Part shown: piece after piece, positions 25,470-38,847 of the stretch
Numbering within the stretch: position 1 is the stretch's first letter
Layout of the letters: each line of letters opens with the position of its first letter
Source of the DNA: Adineta vaga
Lineage: Eukaryota > Animalia > Rotifera
NCBI GenBank assembly: GCA_021613535.1
Contig: CP075493.1
Coordinates: forward strand, 16,492,001 to 16,556,000
Direction of reading: 5' to 3'
DNA: 64,000 nucleotides
Program-made: the position numbers and the translations under genes
The notes under the pieces: generated by a model
Told to the model about the DNA's origin: nothing
Database searches by the model: none
Seen by the model: only the letters and a program-made list of their open reading frames with translations

Positions 25470-26378
25470 ATTACACTATAATTACCAACGTTGCAATCAT
25501 TGTTACAGATAACAGAAATGCCAAAATAAGAAATGTTCCAAATTTATTAAATTGTTGTTCAATTGGTACATTGATACCATTATATGAACAACCCATACCT
25601 ATACAGGTTTGTCTGCCGAAAGAAAATAGTTTTCCACCACCTATTGACTAAAAATTCATAAATGAAGGTTGCTAATGAAACATTTAAACAAAAGCAACTC
25701 ATTTATGATCGTGATCTAGGTTTATGTATAACAATATACTCTTAGAGAATCGATATCATCAGATTTAAATATTCTGTTTCAACAAAATGCGTTATTATGA
25801 ATCGTGACATAGATTTGATTGAAAGACTAAAAGTCTTATACTCTAAATAGTAATAACAATAAGAGAATATACATACATTTGTTTCACATGTCGGAAATTC
25901 GTATTTCAGGGTGACGTAATCGATAACCAACGAAATGTATTCTAAAGTAACAATAACAATGCCAAGAATACCCAGCAAAGCAGTCTATAAATCAATACAA
26001 ATCTTCTCCTAGTCGAATTGAATTTTACTCACAAAAAAGAAACCAATACGATTTAATCGTATGATAACTATAACAGCGATAACAAAGTAAATCAATGATA
26101 ACACATCTATAGAAGAGAACATTCAGATTACATGATACATATAAATATAAATTGATGTTAAGTACAAGAAAACAATTTCTAATTCGAGATAAACCAAGTT
26201 TTTAATGTTCCACTTACTAAGTCCAATAAGGTCTAGTGGAAACACTTCATATTTATATGAACAAATCACCGTAATCATTGGGATCGCAAGTTGTCCAAAA
26301 TGAGCACTTGGCATTAGTATCGTTGTAGAAACATAACCAATTAGAGTCAAAATCTGCATAAGATATAAAAGCAATCAT
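25470..26378 (-). other. Possible multi-exon small membrane protein or gene remnant
   Basis: Cys-containing coding-like segments (LCFYNDTNAKCSFWTTCDP; QTCIGMGCSYNG..FLILAFLLSVTMIATLVIIV*) separated by intron-like DNA. Exon structure not resolved. Confidence 0.3.
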
Positions 26379-26422
26379 AGATAAATAACTTAAAAAGTAT
26401 ACTCGAAAAACTAATATGATCG

Positions 26423-26535
26423 ATGGGTGAGGGTGTGGGTGTGGGTGTGGGTGTGGGTGTGTGGGTGTGGGTGTGGGTGGGTGTGGGTGGGTGTGGGTGT
26501 GGGTGAATAGAAGATTATTACCCACACCCACCCTC
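26423..26535. repeat. Longest interstitial telomere-like array: (TGTGGG)n - spacer - (CCCACA)n
   Basis: ~80 bp of GGGTGT repeats, spacer GAATAGAAGATTATT, then inverted ACCCACACCCACCCTCC. Confidence 0.9.
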
Positions 26536-27184
26536 CTTAAAGAATTACTTGATCCAATAGTTATTTGTCTTCAACTTTGATGAATATTTTTTAATGTTAA
26601 ATAACCAAATATAATCATTAAACAAATTGGAATTGTTGTATAAAAAATCATTAGAAAAGACCATCAACAATTTGACATTGAACAGATACGGTATAACATG
26701 ATGCAACTGAATTTAAATTTCCATTATTAAAACAATAAAATGTTTCAGCAAAAATTAAACATCCGCTTAAAATAACTAAGAATATGATTCGATAAACGAT
26801 TTTATTATTAGAAAGATTTCGAAATGAAATAGATCTTGATGAAGTACAACAACGATCAAAACAAGCAAAAGAAATAAATCATGATGTGCAATAAAGTAAT
26901 AAATATGATAAAAAATATCCAATTTTACATAATATTGATGAATATGATGTATAATCACGATTATATCCATTTAAAAATCTTGTTATTAAATTAACATAAA
27001 GTGCTAGAAAACTAAAAATTGTTGTTAATAATAAATATTGAACACAAGAAGTTTTTCGTAAAGTTTTACGAGTAAATATTATTAGATTTAATAAATTTTC
27101 AATTGTACCAAATAGAAATAATGGAATTGGAAAGTAACGATTTAATGATGAAGAATAATAAGGCCAAGAAGTTGTATTGGACAT
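26536..27184 (-). pseudogene. GPCR pseudogene truncated after TM5 at a telomere-like hairpin element
   Basis: TM1-3 in ORF 26879-27184. Reading through the TGA gives FISFACFDRC..; after a frameshift, IFGYLTLKNIH, then the sequence runs straight into GGAGGGTGGGTGTGGG. Confidence 0.75.
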
Positions 27185-27487
27185 TTCAATTTTTTAAATG
27201 ACTTTTTTGTACATTATTAGTAAAAAAATGAAAGAAATTTCATCACATCATTTTTTTTTCTGTAGTTGTCAATTATGTTATATTGAAATCTAAATAGGAT
27301 CCCATATATATATTCCTATGGCGTGATTGCCATCGCAAATATATCTTTTTTTTTTGTATTATAAAGAAGAAAAAAAAGAAGATGTTTTAAATATACAGAA
27401 AATGCACTAAATGATGTTTTTTTTGTTGAAAATTTTGAATCTATTCTTCATAAATTAACTTATTTTAAATTATGAAATCATTTTCAG

Positions 27488-27825
27488 GCGTATCATTAGA
27501 GATCCAGGTTGTAGAAAATGAAATACGTGGAAAAAGTTTAGTATAACTTCATTCAAATAAATATCAGAGAATTACACAATACATTTGATAATCAATGAGA
27601 GTCAAGTTTTTGTGGTACATGGAGATTAAAAAGAATGACATTTGATAATAGTCATTGTAGATTTGAGAAATAATCGTATTATTGAATATATAAAAATAGC
27701 TGGAAATCCATCAAGTCAATTAGAACATTCAAAAAGGATTAGTTTTGATTCATATGAGAATGTATTTCTTGTTAACATTTATAATTATGAAATTGAAAAA
27801 TATCTTCTAGTAATCAATAATTGCC
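27488..27825 (+). pseudogene. Degenerate NHL-repeat gene remnant
   Basis: IVDLRNNRII..IAGNPSSQLEHSKRISFDSYENVFLV..NYEIEKY resembles terminal NHL repeats; flanking sequence is disrupted. Confidence 0.55.
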
Positions 27826-28764
27826 ATAGAGATATCTTAAAAAAAAGAAAAAACTTGTTTTTTAAAAGAATTTCTTTTTATAACTTATCAGTTTTCGGAG
27901 CGGTTCCTCATGAAAATATAGGATCTCTATAGAATTATGTTTTAGCTTAGAAAAAAAATAGAATTTTTTTTCCTAAGAATTATTGTTTTTTTCAGATGCC
28001 TTTCCCCGAAGATTTGCAAGTAAACTAAAACTAGTAAGTAAGAAAAGGTTGTATCACCACCACGTGGTTTTTGAACCCAGCACAGGATATTCTCAGTACA
28101 AAAGGGAAGAAGATCGAATTATTTTTAGCAAAAGTAAGAGGAGCATCATCTGACCACGCTACTACTGAAAAAATTAGCACTTTCACCTATCGAAACACAA
28201 AAGGCAGAAAATTACAGAAATTTCACTATCAAAAAGGAGAATTTGTGTTTCTGACGTAAATCGATTATAAAGCTTAAATTCAGCATAATGATTAAACAGT
28301 TACACATTCAGTTTCAATCTCTAATGCCACCCTACAAATGATTTAATGAATGCGAAAGTTATCCTTTTCATTCTGTCATTTTAGAAGGGTCATAGGAAGT
28401 AAACCTGAGTTGATGTGAACCAAAGTGAAGCCCATTAGTCCATACTATGCCTATTATTCATGCATAGATCCATATCACCATAGTAAAACATATTAGCATT
28501 TAAAAGCGAGCGGTCTAAGTTACAGTATTGGCATTAAAGTATGGACTTCAATCTGATTGATTCATTTTTTCATATGAAGTGTGCCATATTTCTTGGGTTC
28601 ATGTGTCTGGCTCATTTTTCCTTGATCCGGCAACTACAACATTTTACTATAACGAACGGCGCGAAGACTATCAGGAATTCTACGACTGTCTTGATTACAT
28701 GGACGACTTGGTTTCCAGCGATGCTTTCAATGCATATGATCATCATCTTCTGCTTCTTTAACAA

Positions 28765-29843
28765 CCCAGGTCAATGACGCACGGTCGTAAACGGCCATAC
28801 ACCAATAGTTTTCGACGGAAAGTGATAGCTGTTTACAGTGACCGTTTATGCCTGTTACGTACGATATTAACAGAAGAATTGAGCATTCCCACAGTTTATT
28901 CAAATGTGTCGAGAGGAATAGAAATTTTTCAAAAAAGCTACTGAGATCAAAACCATCATTTGCTTTGTGAAATTCATTTTCACATATATTCCTTCGATTT
29001 TTTTTATATTTATATATAAACACGCAAGAGATCTCATAATTTTAAATTGCATTTCAAAATATTCTCTGTCCAGTATGGGAAATGACGAATATACTAATCA
29101 AATGCTTAATATTGTTTTGCTAAATCTTCTATTTAAGGCAAGTTCGTGTGAGACTATTAAAATCAGTTATTGATTAAAAAACAATTTTTCCCTTGATCTC
29201 AATTGTATTTCATGAAGGATTGCCTCATGAAATATGCCCAGTATTCATTTACCTTTTTGTTTTGCTGGCATACACAATATATATATATATATATATATAT
29301 ATAGAAGTGGTACTTTGGTTCTCAACGATATTTCGGACTTGTTCAAATGAAATCTTTCTAATCATTTCTTCTAGATTTGCTCCTAGGTTTTTAGAATAAA
29401 GTTCTGGATCTCACTGTGTTTGTTCGCAGGATCTCTATAAGAATTCTCACAAAGGTGAAAGTATTGATGAGTTAAGGATGAAATTATGATTAAATTCTGG
29501 TTCAGTCGTAGCGAAATCTCAGTGAAAACCTGGTGAAATTATGAGCAATCAGAATGTCTGTTCCAACAAGGGCACTGTTGACGATATTATCAGTGCATCT
29601 GCTCGTCCTTCACCTCTTTCTTTCAATCCTTCTTCTGTTCTCTTCTTCGTTGTGTCATATATGCGAAGAATAACGATAACGTTATTCCTCCAGTTTGTCA
29701 TTGTGATCACAATAAATAAAATAAATAAAATGCTGCAGCAATAACGAAATAATATTTCATCATATTCCTATTTTCCATTACAATGTCTTCATAAGAATTT
29801 GCGGCATGTGGCCGTTTACGATCGTCGTAATCGTCGACCTGGG
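28765..29843. mobile_element. Non-autonomous TIR element with CCCAGG ends (CMC/EnSpm-like)
   Basis: CCCAGGTCAATGACGCACGGTCGTAAACGGCCA is an imperfect inverted match to TGGCCGTTTACGATCGTCGTAATCGTCGACCTGGG. TSD not clean. Confidence 0.7.
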
Positions 29844-30093
29844 AGTCGTCGAAAATTACCATCCATCTATATCCCGATTCCTGCTACACGTGATACACTT
29901 ACAATCACATAACCGTTTTGTCCTTTTTCTTTTTCTCTTTTTTTCGTTTTTTCTTTTCTTCTTCGGTCCTCTTTTTTTCCTTTCTCTTTCTTTCTATTTT
30001 CTTTTTTTTTCTCGACGCTCATGTCAGCCGTACTGACGTGTTTGTCTTTGTAACATATGCATCGGCATATATGTCCTTATTTCATTTGCCCTT

Positions 30094-30276
30094 CCCAGAT
30101 AGACAAGATCTTCAACAAAACACGTAAAAACACCGTTTCTACGAATTGTTAACGCGTTTCTTCGGACATTTTTTACAAAGTATTCTTCTGCGTTTAAATT
30201 TACTTCACAATTGTTAGATAAATAGTGAAATTTAATGTAGGTTTACGCGTTATTTTTCGTTGTTTGTCTGTCTGGG
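30094..30276. mobile_element. MITE with CCCAG termini and 2-bp TT TSD
   Basis: CCCAGATAGACAA .. TTGTCTGTCTGGG, flanked by TT on both sides. Confidence 0.65.
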
Positions 30277-31010
30277 TTGTAGTATATGCACTTTTATGGA
30301 TCTATATCATGTGTCCCTCGTTATCTTTTCACCAGATATTCGTTTTATCCTCTGAGGTGCCCACCCATCTGATGTACTTTGCTCTTTAATCAGCTGATTT
30401 GATGTACGTGATACTGCATGTTTCAAGCACTATATATAGAATGAAGAATATGCAATAGGGTCGTCTTCTCTTTCTCTTTGATGAAATGAAATATATATAT
30501 CATCAAACGTCACTCTTTGAATCTTAGTCCAGAAATCATCACACATGGTTGCTATTCTCGCCCCTTTCTGAGCTTCACCAAGTATAATTAAGGAAGCAAA
30601 AGTATCATTATACTGAAAACAACAGTTAATTCCAGGTTCCAAGAAACGTTACGTTGACTTACATCTTTCTTAAGGGGTACTAACCCATTAATTGCTTCCA
30701 GGATAATGATACATTTTCTTCCCTAGTCATATTCGGTGAAGCTCGGTAAGCATATTGGAGTACCTTTTGGTGATATTCAAGATTATAGTTCACGATGAGG
30801 TCCAAAACTTCAAACTTAAAATTGATCCAAATACCCAAAACCCATATGTTTTTGGTAAGATGTAGTATTGTAGCATCCCTAGATATTCTGCCAGGAGAAG
30901 TATTTTAGAAAACCAGACAGAAATTAAAGACGATTAAATATTATCACTTCTAGATATGTGGACGAAGTCTATTTGATGTTAGTTACAAATGTATTTCTTT
31001 TATTCTTATC

Positions 31011-31135
31011 TTAGGAGTGTAACAAACTATAGGGATTGAAATTGAATTAAAGGATGTGATTTGTGTTGCTAGTTGCAAACACCAAATACATTCCTTAATT
31101 CAATTTTAATTTACCTAGTCTGTTTCACTCCTTAA
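31011..31135. mobile_element. ~125-bp imperfect palindromic MITE (TTAA-associated, Kolobok-like)
   Basis: TTAGGAGTGTAACAAACTA..AATTGAATTAAAGGATG / CATTCCTTAATTCAATT..TAGTCTGTTTCACTCCTTAA. Confidence 0.55.
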
Positions 31136-31568
31136 TTGACATCAACAGAAAATTTGTTCACTTTAATTGACATAAGTGAACGTAAATATAGCGAACCAAA
31201 CCGATCCCATCACTGCAGGTCACTCAATCAGAATAGATGAAAGCACTACAACGTACTCGTGAGGTCTTTTGCTGCCTGTAGTAAATACTATAATCTTCAA
31301 TCGTTCACAACCACAGCTTCATTATCTTCGAGAACTCATCTAAAGGTTTCATATAACGCATAGACAGCCATATAGTAAAAAAACAATACTCTTCTACACT
31401 CGTTCATTTGAAGTGGCTTTAAAATGGACTTAAGCTTAGAACGCATGGAGAGAGTTCTGACGGTACTCCCGAAAACTGCGCCTATCTTCCAAAGCCTCAT
31501 TTCAATATGATATATTAATAAACTCACTGTTTACTATGAGGATCAAAATTAAAAGACTATGCTTATAC

Positions 31569-32226
31569 ACTAACAAGAGAACATACTCGAGTGTATACTT
31601 ACATGAAGGTAGATTTTATCCTTTCTCTCTTACAGAATCACCCATCAATAGCTTGGATATAAATGTTTTAGTTACGCTCGTTTATGTCTGAGGAAAAAAA
31701 ATACATGACTTTTTAATTGTAGATACTATTCTATATCATACAGTTTTTCCATTTTTTTAAGATAATCAAAAGTTTTTTTTTCATGAAAATAAACTTGATA
31801 TTAGGAATCAGCGTGTTTAACTGCATCAGAATCTCTATTTTTTCTCACAAAATATTGTTCATGAGTTTTACTATATAGTGACTGAACTGTTTAGTACTCG
31901 TAAAATGTCTATTCATTTATACGCGAAGGTTTCATGAACAATATTTTGTGAGACAAAGTAGAGTTTTCGATGCAGTTAAACACGCTGATTCCTAATACCA
32001 AGCTTACTTTCATGAAAAAATAATTTTTGATCATCTTAAGAAAAATGGAAAAACTATATGATACAAAATAGAATCTACAATTGATAACCTATGTATTTTT
32101 TCCTCAGACTGAAACGAGAGCAGCTAAAACATCTATATTTAAGCTATTGACGGGTAACTCTATAAGATAGAAAGGATAGAATCTCCCTTCGCGTGGCTAC
32201 ACTCAAATGTGTTCCCTTGTGACTAG
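31569..32226. mobile_element. Foldback element with ~300-bp diverged inverted arms
   Basis: Arms ~31570-31865 and ~31932-32222, e.g. TTAGGAATCAGCGTGTTTAACTGCATC / GATGCAGTTAAACACGCTGATTCCTAA; ~65-bp loop. Confidence 0.8.
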
Positions 32227-32539
32227 TCTCGATGGAGTTGCCAGTTAGTTTAGACATATGTGCAAAATAAAAGGAAGGTAAAAAAAGAATTTTTTTAACA
32301 GAATTCGACGATTCTTATAAATACCTGACAATTTATCAAGAAGCTGCTCAAAATTTACATCAATATCGCGTTCGACAGGTAATAGAAATAAACTGTTTAG
32401 GCGATCATGAGTTATTGTATTTTTTTAGTGTTGTTTTGATCAGTTTCATTTTTGAAACTGTGCATTCATACGTCGTGGAAGAAACTGGAATAGCCATTTC
32501 ACTTTCGATAAGTGCAACAACTATTGAAAAAAGCTTGCC

Positions 32540-33829
32540 ATGCGCGCCCTGATCAGTGGAGCGGGCATCGCTGGGCCAACATTGGCGTGGTTCTTGGCAA
32601 AGACCGGCGCACGCATCACCATCGTGGAAAAGAGCCACTCTCTCCTCTCCTATGGGCAGAATATTGATATCCGAGGCAGCGCACGTAAAGTCATCGAGAA
32701 GATGGGGCTCACCGACCAAATTCGACGATTCAACACGACGGAAAAGGGTACACAATTGATCGACCCAAAGGGACGACCATTTGCACCCTTTCCTGTCAAG
32801 AAGGGTTCCTCTGTTAGCTTCACCTCGGAATTCGAGATCCTTCGTGGAGACTTGGCAGTGGTCCTCTATGAGGCTTCGAAAGACCAGCCAAATGTCAACT
32901 ACTTGTTCGGTACCACAATCAAGGAAGTTGTCTCAAATGACGATGACAGCGTCAAAGTCGAATTGAGCAATGGGGAGGTGCAGGAGTTCGATCTCTTGGT
33001 CGCAGCTGACGGTCAGTGGTCAAAAGTGCGAAAGCAGTGCTTCCCTCCAGAATATGTCAACGTGGTCGATAAGGGCCTGTACGTCGCCTACTACACCGTT
33101 CCGCGCCTACCCACCGACAATGACTGGTGGAACATCTACCAGGCTCTTGAGTCAAGGGGGATCGCACTTAGGCCCGACCCATATGGCAACATCAGAGCAG
33201 TATTTAGTCGCATGCCCTGCAATGACGCTCAGAAAAAAGCGTGGCTGGAGGCATCCAAAGGTGACAGACAGACGCAGGAAGAGCTCCTGAAAAGGGAGTT
33301 CGCAGATGCAGGATGGCAAGCGCAGAGACTCTTGGACGCCATGGATCAAGCGCCCGACTTCTACTTCCAGGCGGTCCAGCAGATCAAGATGTCCAAATGG
33401 TCCAACTCTCGCGTCGTCTGCCTAGGAGACGCTGCCTATGCTCCAACGCCGCTCACAGGAATGGGCACTTCGCTGGCCATCACTGGCGCTTACGTTCTTG
33501 CAGGCGAACTGAGCAAGCTTGATGACGGTGAACATCCTTCAAAAGCGCTCGAGGCTTACGAAAGCACCTTTCGCCCATTTGTCGAGAAGATTCAGAAGAT
33601 CCCCTTCTTTGTTCCAGCCATTGCGCATCCTGAGACGGCATGGAAGAGAAGGGTGTTTCATGCCTTTGCGTGGGCACTCTCCAAGATCGCGGCAATTCCA
33701 TGGGTGACGAACAGATTCGAAAAGAGCAACGACAACGATTTTCCATTGCCACAATACCCAAGCTTCGATGACAAGGGCTCTAAAACTATCACTTCTTATA
33801 ATAACAGTTCTACTAGGAGTGTATCCTAA
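32540..33829 (+). CDS. FAD-dependent monooxygenase (flavin aromatic hydroxylase family), intronless, probable horizontal transfer
   Basis: ISGAGIAG (GxGxxG), LLVAADG, VCLGDAAY.PTPLTGMGTSLA motifs. GC content is visibly far above the flanks and shifts near the start and stop. Confidence 0.92.
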   Translation: MRALISGAGIAGPTLAWFLAKTGARITIVEKSHSLLSYGQNIDIRGSARKVIEKMGLTDQIRRFNTTEKGTQLIDPKGRPFAPFPVKKGSSVSFTSEFEILRGDLAVVLYEASKDQPNVNYLFGTTIKEVVSNDDDSVKVELSNGEVQEFDLLVAADGQWSKVRKQCFPPEYVNVVDKGLYVAYYTVPRLPTDNDWWNIYQALESRGIALRPDPYGNIRAVFSRMPCNDAQKKAWLEASKGDRQTQEELLKREFADAGWQAQRLLDAMDQAPDFYFQAVQQIKMSKWSNSRVVCLGDAAYAPTPLTGMGTSLAITGAYVLAGELSKLDDGEHPSKALEAYESTFRPFVEKIQKIPFFVPAIAHPETAWKRRVFHAFAWALSKIAAIPWVTNRFEKSNDNDFPLPQYPSFDDKGSKTITSYNNSSTRSVS

Positions 33830-35909
33830 TTTTGTACTCAATAATATCCATAATAGTGTGTCTTCAATGATTTATTCTTAAAATATAGTTGTTAGACCTA
33901 TGAAAGATATGTTAGAGACTCGATCGGTGCCATCACCTCCTCCTTCAGGTGGAATCCCTGTGGAGTAATCAACCCACGACTGGAAGTAAGCTCTATCACT
34001 GACAAGGGACCTGCGAATAAGAGGTTTGACATCTTAAGTGACAGATGCATTTTTAGATGTTTTTGATGGGAAGAATGTACTATTTGAATAACTTTCTTGT
34101 TCTTGCAATACTGACAGCGTATTGTTAGAAAGCGAGCAAAATCTCGATCATAAATAGAATCGTGTCAAATAATTCATTTAGGTTGAATTTTCATGCAGCA
34201 AATGAGATACGTACAGAACTGGATAACTCAAATAAAAAACGAATTGAAATGAACTGAGCGAACTATTTTCAGAATTCAGTCATTCACTTTCGCGTCCATT
34301 GATTATTCTTTTTATCTAATTTCATTTTAATCTATTCCATTTTTTGGTTATATTTCTAACTAAACGAATTTTGAATATTTGTTATATCTGAAACAGTGAA
34401 CACAACTTCAGATGTTTTAGTTTTATGAAAATATATTGCTTAATGAAAAGTTATTTCATCGAGAATTGATCGTTTTAAATATGGAAGATAGAAAAGAATC
34501 TTTTTCTCCTAGATATAAAGTTGAAAAATTATTTTAATACTTATATTAATTATCAAATCAAACTAGAAGAAAAAAACCCTACTTGCTTAATCTTTCTTGT
34601 TTCGTTGAAGTTCATTGAAATATAATAAATAAATAGATTTCAACGTTGAATTTATTAACACCAGATTTGCAAAGGATTCTTTTGTTTTGAGCAATGTGAA
34701 AATAATTGTTAAATGAAAAACTTCACTTTCATTTAAAGTAATTTCTTCCGTATATAACGTTTTAAAGTAGACACTTCTGCACATTATATCTGATATAGAA
34801 TTAGTAATTGTCTAATACACTTGTTCCTAGAAGTGTTCAGAATACAGCTGTTTCTCTTTTATGTTTTTTGTTGTTGAATCATATAAGAAAGAAACCTTTC
34901 AAACAATTTTTTGTTAATAAATGTAATAATCATCATTGTACTTGACACAGTCAATGATATGCCATTTTGCTCAACGACTAAGAATGAACAATGTTCTGCC
35001 CTCTGTTAAACACTTTTCATCAAATAAATCATTAGTAAATAGAATAAAAGATATCATTTGATCCATTGATAGAAAGTATTGATATACCCATGTGAAGAAA
35101 ACAATCGAAATGCATCTTTCAATAGAATTACCATAATACAATAAAGATATTTTCATTAGATAAGTAAATAATAAAGTAAATGTGAAATTGCTTCATTAAA
35201 CTTAACAACATATTGGTTAATAGATATCTAAGTTTTTTTCGACTGTATACTCAAAGGATAACTAAATAGCATTAAATTCAGTATGGGTGTGGGTCAGTCT
35301 ATACTCTCAACCCATACCCACACCCACACCATCAAATATTCTTACGAATACAACTTATTATAGATCATAAATCTTTTCAAATATATTACCTGGTCAATGG
35401 AAATTAATTATTTCTTTGCTACTAGTTAAATTTACATTTGATTTACGAGTATCATGTTATAGTAAATTTCATTGTTTTTCATATGTTTATGTAGATAATG
35501 ATAAATCTACTATGTAATGAATAGTATGATTATTAAATTATCTAAAATTTTCGAGTAATTATATGTTTTTACAATTTATTTTATACTTATTGACCTGACC
35601 CTCGCGTTGCCAGAATATTACATTTATCAACAAAGAATTTTATAATCTTCATATTTTTCTGTGTCACGCATCATTCTTTTCGAACAAAACATATTTTAAA
35701 TGCTTGACAAAAACCGATTTATATAAGAGAAAGAAAGAAAAAAAAAAGAATCGCTGGTAAGCATACGTGAAGAAAAAAACAAGTAAAGAAAAATAGAGGA
35801 GAAAGTTAACGAGAATATTCACCCCGTTCTCGTACGAACAGAACGGAGAAAAACAAATTTGCATTTGCTTGTCAATAGATTCCGATAGTCAGAGTTACTA
35901 GGAAAAAAA

Positions 35910-37631
35910 ATGTTTTTATGCACATGTTTTCTACTAGCTGTGCTTTTCATTGTAATTATTGCCTATTTATGGCATATTCGATCGACGTACGAGTTTTTCA
36001 CAAAACTTAATATTCCTGGTCCACCACCAATACTTTTCTTTGGAAATTTTCTCGATATTATGAAAAGCAGACGATCATCTTTGAATATTCATAAATGGAC
36101 AGAACAATATGGTCGTATTTTTGGTTATTTCGAAGGACATTCACCTATCTTAGTTGTATCTGATCCAGATGTTCTACAAGATGTATTTATTAAATCATTC
36201 TCAAATTTTCATTCTCGTCGTCCATTTCCATTGGAAGATCGAAATGCCAGAGATGTTAATCTTTTCGGAGCTACTGGTCTACGTTGGAAACGTCAACGAT
36301 TTGTTATTAATCCAACATTTTCATCTGCTAAACTCAAACAAATGTCACCATTAATTCATCAAAGTATTGATGTGTTGATGGAAAAATTATCCGATGAACA
36401 TAAAAAAGGACAACCATTTGATATATACGCATATTATAAACGATTTACTATGGATACAATATGGTCATGTGGTTTTGGTGTTGATACAGATATGCAAAAT
36501 AATATCAACGATCCGTATCTTATTCATTCGCAGGATATTTTTAAGCCACGACTTCGATTAGATGTTATTCTTGCTTTATTTATAACGGAACTAAAGCATT
36601 TTTGGGTAAAATTAGACGAAGTTACAAGTGCCGTTCGAAATTGGCTTCGTCATCATATTCCTATAACAAAAACATTTATTGGTGCAAGTCCAGTAAAATG
36701 GATTATAAAAGAAGCAAACAAGGTCATTGATAAACGTCAGCTCATTGGTCAAACAAATCGAACTGATTTATTACAATTAATGCTTGAATCAGCCACCGAT
36801 AAAGATGTTATTCATGTATGAAATGTTATTTTTATTTCGCAAACTAACTAGAATATTTGTTTAGGATCGTCGAGCATCATTTGTTACCAACGATGCAATA
36901 GGTGATGAAATACCACTTATTCGAAAACTTACTAAACATGAAATTGCATCTAATGTTTTTCTCTTTAGTAAGTTACATTTATTATTTCTATTCTTTCAGT
37001 TTTTTCTTTCTATATCTTAGTGGTTGCTGGATATGAAACAACAAGTACAGCACTTAGTTATGTTACTTATGTTCTTGCAACTCATCCAAATGAACAACAG
37101 AAATTACAAGAACATATCGATGCACATTTTAGTTCTGAAAATGAACATGATATGCCATCTTATGATACTATTTCACAAATGGATTATTTAGATATGTTCA
37201 TTCGAGAAACACTTCGAATGTATCCTATTGTACCAATAGCTATCAATCGTCAAAGTTCAGAAGATTTTCAAATCAAAGGTATTGGTAAGATTCCAGCTGG
37301 TACATCTATTGCTGTTGACATATTTACTTTACATTTTGATAATGATTTATGGGGTCCAGTTGATCCACATGTATTTTATCCTGAACGATTTGCTACTAAA
37401 CGTCATCCAATGGCATGGATTCCATTTGGAGCTGGACCACGTAATTGTGTTGGAATGCGTTTTGCTTTAATGGAAATGAAAATGACTATTGTTCGTCTAC
37501 TTAAATTATATTCATTAGTTAGTTGTGGTGATGAAACAGAGAAAGCATTTAAAAATTTACATGAAGCTTTTGTTATTGCTCCTTCCGAAGCTATTATACG
37601 TTTACAACGTCGTAATGAACATCATGACTAA
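35910..37631 (+). CDS. Cytochrome P450, CYP3-clan-like, ~539 aa (exons 35910-36815, 36865-36967, 37021-37631)
   Basis: N-terminal anchor plus PGPPP; WKRQR; AGYETT I-helix; ETLR; PERF; PFGAGPRNCVG heme motif. Two GT-AG introns give an intact frame. Confidence 0.95.
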
Positions 37632-38847
37632 TTATATGTTAGTTTTTTTTGGAAACTTTCCTTTTTAGCATCAATGAATAATCACAAAGAGAAAAAAATT
37701 ATTAAAACACTAAAAGATGTTATAAGTTCATTAATAGCGCATGTAAAAAAAAGAAAATTCAAGTAGTTCAAACTTTTTCCGTATTTGTAATAGTATTTCG
37801 TACTTTTGTTCCATTATTTATTTGTTTATGATGATTAACTGCATGAAAAGTTAAACAACCAGCATGTAAAATGAGCAAAAGATCTGCTGTTAAAAACCCA
37901 CATGCCACGCTAGTTATAATAAAATATACCATATTAGTGAAAATTTTATAATATATAAAATACTTACGCCATGGTCTATATTAAGTTGCTTTTCTTTCAC
38001 CTTCTGGTCCAATAGTCCAGACTTTTTTATTTCCTCCATCAGTCACAATAAACACCTTGACTAACTGAATCAAGAATCAAACGATTCATATTATCAACAC
38101 TGATTTCATATTAAATCAATTCGACGAACCAGTTGACCTATTTCGAAAACGAAAAAGATTTTTATTAATCTATTCAATTCTAATTTACCATTTTTTTGTC
38201 TTTTTTCACGAAAATATCTTGCTGGTTCACGTTCAAGTTGTTTTCGTGTTAAATTACATATATATATATATTTAACTCGACAAATAAGTAGAAATTTTGT
38301 GGTTAAGGGGTGGGTGTGGGATGAACATGAATACTACGCCCACACCCACACCCTAGCTTATTACTAAATGAATAATCTTTAACGATGATTAGCAACTCAG
38401 ATTTCAGGTTGAGGTATAGGTAACTATGTCACTTTGACAACATTGATAGGTATGTCTGTAGGTTACTGATAAGAAGTTTGGAGTTTTCTTCTTGCCCAAT
38501 GCGATTTTGCTCTTATAAGTTAGCCTATACTCGGCATATTGAGTCTACGATGAAGAAGACAATAGATATGAAATTGAAGCAGAGATCAGCAGCAATAAAC
38601 TCTCTTTTATCGAATATTCATGGTTTTACGATGTGAATAATCACGAGTGCATTAAGATACTATGAGTTCTCTTCGTTTCACTGAATATCTTCTGCGATCG
38701 ATATTCATATGAAAAATCTAGAAAATTCATTATATTAATAGTCCATTCTGGATGGGTGGGTGTGGGTGAGGGTGTGGGTGTATTGTAGTTGTCACTCATC
38801 CAATCCCACGCCCTCACTCTCACTCTTACCCTCACCCACCCTCAAGA

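Noticed and set aside
26253-26531. HP/TP-rich ORF, and similar WVWV/HPHP ORFs at 38641, 43052 and 43087
   Set aside because: These are translations of the (TGTGGG)n repeats, not proteins.
32405-33841. Alternative-frame and antisense ORFs over the monooxygenase (likewise over 7665-10980)
   Set aside because: Expected shadows of GC-rich coding sequence; no motifs.
38760-38847. N-terminus of the 283-aa integrase ORF
   Set aside because: Derived from the hairpin element; real integrase similarity begins at ~38850.
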